A DNA stretch of 64,000 nt, taken from assembly GCF_964204645.1 (NCBI RefSeq), contig NC_134030.1, forward strand, positions 9,265,222 to 9,329,221, in the 5' to 3' direction. This stretch comes from Tubulanus polymorphus. Taxonomy: Eukaryota; Animalia; Nemertea. The translations under genes and the position numbers were made by a program. The number at the start of each line of letters is the position of its first letter. Positions within the stretch are counted from its first letter, which is position 1. A model generated the notes under the pieces. The model saw nothing but the letters and a program-made list of their open reading frames with translations. It was not told the origin of the DNA and did no database searches. Positions 60,901 through 64,000 of the stretch are shown in pieces.

Positions 60901-63628
60901 CAGGCCATAGCCCGGTCTTGAAATTGAAAATGTCAAATTTGAGATCGAGAAATTATGTAGACCAAGGAGGTGAAGGAGTTGAATTTTTGGCATGCATTCA
61001 CATTGTTCTGTATTGTCTGATTGTAAAATTTTCCACGAATTCTATCTTTTCTGAATTTGTCTGAATATCTTAAAAATTCAGGAGGACGCCACCGAGAGTC
61101 CGCGAACGATCGAGGAAACGGAAGGCGAGGGTTCGAACTTGTTTCCGGCTATTATGCCCGGCGGTCAGGCGGCCGTTCAAGATCCAGCATCGTCTGCGTT
61201 CTACGGCGACGCTGTCGCGGCGATGATGGACGTCGATAATCCCAATCAACAATCGGCCAGTCAAATCGCGCCTCGCTTGACGGCGTTGTTGTCAGGCGCG
61301 GACGTCAGATGCGGCCCGGGTAAAGGCAAACCGCCAATGATAGCCGCGAAGAAACGATTGGCTGCCGGTCGACCGAAGGTACGGCGTTCTTTACGATGAC
61401 TCGGGTTATGTTATTATCAGGGTGGCCGCTTACCTTAGAAATTAGGGGAAAAGTCTGGCAATTTGTTTTCTTTAAAAATCATGGAATAGTTAGGGAATTT
61501 TGTAAATAAGCCAGGGAAAAAAGTCAGGGAAATTTGTCGAGATTACTTGATCGTGCTTAAGATGAAATAGTTTCTGTCAATGTCTTACATATCTGACTGT
61601 GTTAATTGATTGAATTCTTAGCAGATCTAAAACGGGGAAAAATTTACATGTTATTCGAATAAAAGTGGGCGCCCTGATGATACTTAGCAAAACATCTAAA
61701 AACGAATGTATGAATATGGCCGCATTTTCGTTATCTGAAATGATTTCTATGATGTTAGTGACTGTATCGAGATGATAGGTAATATAACAGTAAACTCCAC
61801 GTGCCCCAGATCTCGGCTGGAACAATGAAATTTCCCACTGATATCTGAGCGATAATAGGTCATTGTCACATGAAATAGAGTAGTAACTTTTCAAACGGAT
61901 TGTCTAGGGTTAGGGCTTACAATTGGCTCTGTCACAGGGGTAGTCCACCATAGCGAATGATTCCACGTTACAGCTGTGCAAACTTTGTTATCTTATCGCG
62001 ATTGAGGATTGAGTAACTTAGAAAATACCTGATAACGCGCGCTTGTTTTTCTCCTACAGAATCGCCTCGGCGCTGCCGGAAAGAAACACCGTCCTTCGAT
62101 TTCGATTCCGAAAAGACGTGGGCCGAAGCTGAAGAAATCGCATGTCGTGAGTACTTTTCGAGATTTTGATGATATTGCAAGTTGATGTAAAATTGTGTTA
62201 ATCTAAAAAAATTTTCCAATATATGTTCGATAGAGATTTCTCATCAACCGGATTCAGTTCAACAGTGCAAAGTCATCTGAATTAAGTCGTCTGCCTTAAT
62301 CTATAATGTGAAAATATTCTTCATCCATGAATTGATTTACAATATTATAGCTCTCGGGTTATCGGCTCGAATTAACGAAGGCTTTAGTTAGACCTGACAT
62401 GTATTTTCTGAGTAAATCGATTTTGTTTTCACGTGTGTGTGTGTGTGTGTGTGTGTTTATAGGGTACTAGTAAAGATAAAGACGATGATGACGACCATCA
62501 TTCAACCGTCGTGCTTTGTAAAACAACGGATCAGTTCGTGTTGGAACAGGTATGCGAAGAAATATAAAGCCGTAATTAATCGCGAAAACACTAAACAATT
62601 AGAATTATACCAGATTTGGCAGAAAACTTATAGATAGACATGAGAGGAGTTAATGTCGCCATTTTCGTTAAAAATTAAAACCATCACATTTGGTATTTCC
62701 ATTTGCTCAGTAGGTAACCGCTAGTCCGACTGTGGCATGCTAGAGTTTACTAGTAGTAGTTCGTTGTTCGCGTTCTTCAATTTCTTCTACATTTCGATTT
62801 AAAAATCAAATCAACTTTTCACATCGGTTGAATCAAAAGTTGATTGAAAATACTGCATTATTGTCATTTCGTTTTGTGCCGGGCTGATTTCTAGTTATAT
62901 TCGTAGCTTTTTCTTCGTATATAAAGTAGTTGATGGAACCAGCATTTTTGATTAGTAATATGAATAATTCAGCTATACATTATGCAAAGAGCAATAGGGC
63001 TCGAACCGCGTGCACTTTACGAAAGTAATCCGTACTAGTTAAATGAGTTATTAGTTTTACGTTATGTCTAGGATATGTGTATGGCCTGCGGTGCGTACGG
63101 TCGAGATGAAGAATCGCGTTTGATCGTTTGCGTTCAATGCGGGCAATGTTATCATCCCTACTGCGCAAATATCAAAGTAAGTATCTCAAACCTGACTACG
63201 ACCACTGTCTCAGAGTAGTTTCTCTTCTTTTTAAGTGCTCAACTAATACTAAAGAGATCAAAATATTCTCAAAATCAGAATGATAATCTAGTTTATCTCA
63301 AATTAAAGCTATCCCAGTACTATTTTCGATGTCCGATTATGCTAGATTTTGGTGAAAACTATAACAATTACAGATATTATCAGGTTGTGTGGTCTGAAAA
63401 TTCATAACGTAATTCCTTTCTCAAGTTTCGAATTTACTACCGCTAGGTGACTAAAGTGATACTAGAGAAGGGATGGCGTTGTTTAGATTGTACGGTGTGC
63501 GAAGGTTGTGGTAAACCTCACGATGAAAGTCGTCTGCTGTTGTGCGACGAATGCGATATCAGTTATCACATTTACTGTCTCGATCCGCCCCTCGATCACG
63601 TTCCGAAGGGCACCTGGAAGTGTAAATG
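54977..63628 (+). CDS. KMT2C: Histone-lysine N-methyltransferase 2C/2D-like (MLL3/4), N-terminal PHD region; continues beyond the window. Exons 54977-55164, 55828-56067, 56463-56642, 57171-57411, 58237-58399, 59142-59434, 60281-60474, 60564-60648, 61082-61378, 62060-62146, 62463-62549, 63072-63176, 63447-63628
   Basis: CAFCNCGDRSLLGQGD, DELSVVG...WAHHCCAAWSEGV, YHYPCASASG, FCTSCGQHYHGNCLD...RAGWQCPECKICQTCRQPGDDNKMLVCDTCDKGYHTYCL, FVLEQDMCMACG...QCGQCYHPYC and KGWRCLDCTVCEGCGK...LLLCDECDISYHIYCLDPPL..VPKGTWKCKW match the KMT2C PHD cassettes. All exon phases are consistent. Confidence 0.93.
56790..57110. mobile_element. Inverted pair of tRNA-derived SINE-like fragments (56790-56860 on -, 57040-57110 on +); related piece at ~23530-23580
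   Basis: B-box-like ggtttgaatccc followed by gccgagg.aggat in both orientations; ggattcgaacc at ~23553. Confidence 0.45.
57500..57910 (-). mobile_element. L2/CR1-group LINE 3' fragment in a KMT2C intron
   Basis: ILTYKSLNGQAPQYL...LRS...GHRAFSYSALLLWNSLP...FKSQLKTHLF is a typical L2 ORF2 end, followed by aataaa and a (tta)n tail. Confidence 0.85.
62433..62456 (+). repeat. (GT)n microsatellite directly upstream of a KMT2C splice acceptor
   Basis: gtgtgt... run ending in ttatag|GGT at 62463. Confidence 0.9.
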
Positions 63629-64000
63629 GTAAGTAGCGGAAGCTTTTCAGTCGTGATAATATTAAATCCTGCGCTAAGAATAATGAAACTTAAGAAAAAT
63701 GAACTTACCTGGAAATCAGGGAAAAGTCTGCGAAATCTGTTGTGACGGCTAGATCGTGTACAAAATCAAACCACGCTATATGTATTTGTCTCGTATATCC
63801 GAGTCGGGAAAATAAGATAAAAACACACCATGTAAAAATTAAATTTCAATTAAAGTTAATTAATTTTAAAATCGAGAATTTATTAATTCAAAAGATAAGT
63901 CAGGGTAAACAATGTGCATGTCAGGGAATAGTCAGGAAAAAGTCGAGGAAAAAGCAACTCATAGGCCACCCTGATCACCCCGTTTTACTCAATTGATAAT

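Overview
Compact, AT-rich, intron-rich animal genomic DNA (probably a marine invertebrate; a lophotrochozoan origin is inferred, not proven). Conserved spliced genes: a C2CD2/C2CD2L(TMEM24)-like gene (-, runs off the left edge), head-to-head with two small ciliary genes CFAP68/C11orf1 and HOATZ/C11orf88 (+); a complete SMARCC1/2 (BAF155/170, moira) gene (-, 11305-24714); and the PHD-rich 5' part of a KMT2C/D-like gene (+, from 54977, runs off the right edge). Between SMARCC and KMT2C is a ~24-kb tandem array of seven paralogous three-exon genes (A-G), six intact and one LINE-disrupted pseudogene. Each encodes a secreted protein: signal peptide + 6-Cys PAN/Apple-like module + Thr/Ser-rich mucin-like stalk (about 28 to 780 aa) + atypical C-type lectin-like domain (CTLD) that lacks EPN/QPD/WND motifs and has hypervariable loops. 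The array abuts, tail-to-tail, a GT32 (DxD) glycosyltransferase with an intronless CDS. This module is the best candidate for an undescribed system. Introns and intergenic DNA carry many MITEs, two LINE 3' fragments, a HINE/DINE-like element, SINE-like pieces and a Penelope-like palindrome. Exon boundaries were assigned by eye from GT-AG sites and frame continuity; homology calls are from recalled motifs, and no database search was run.
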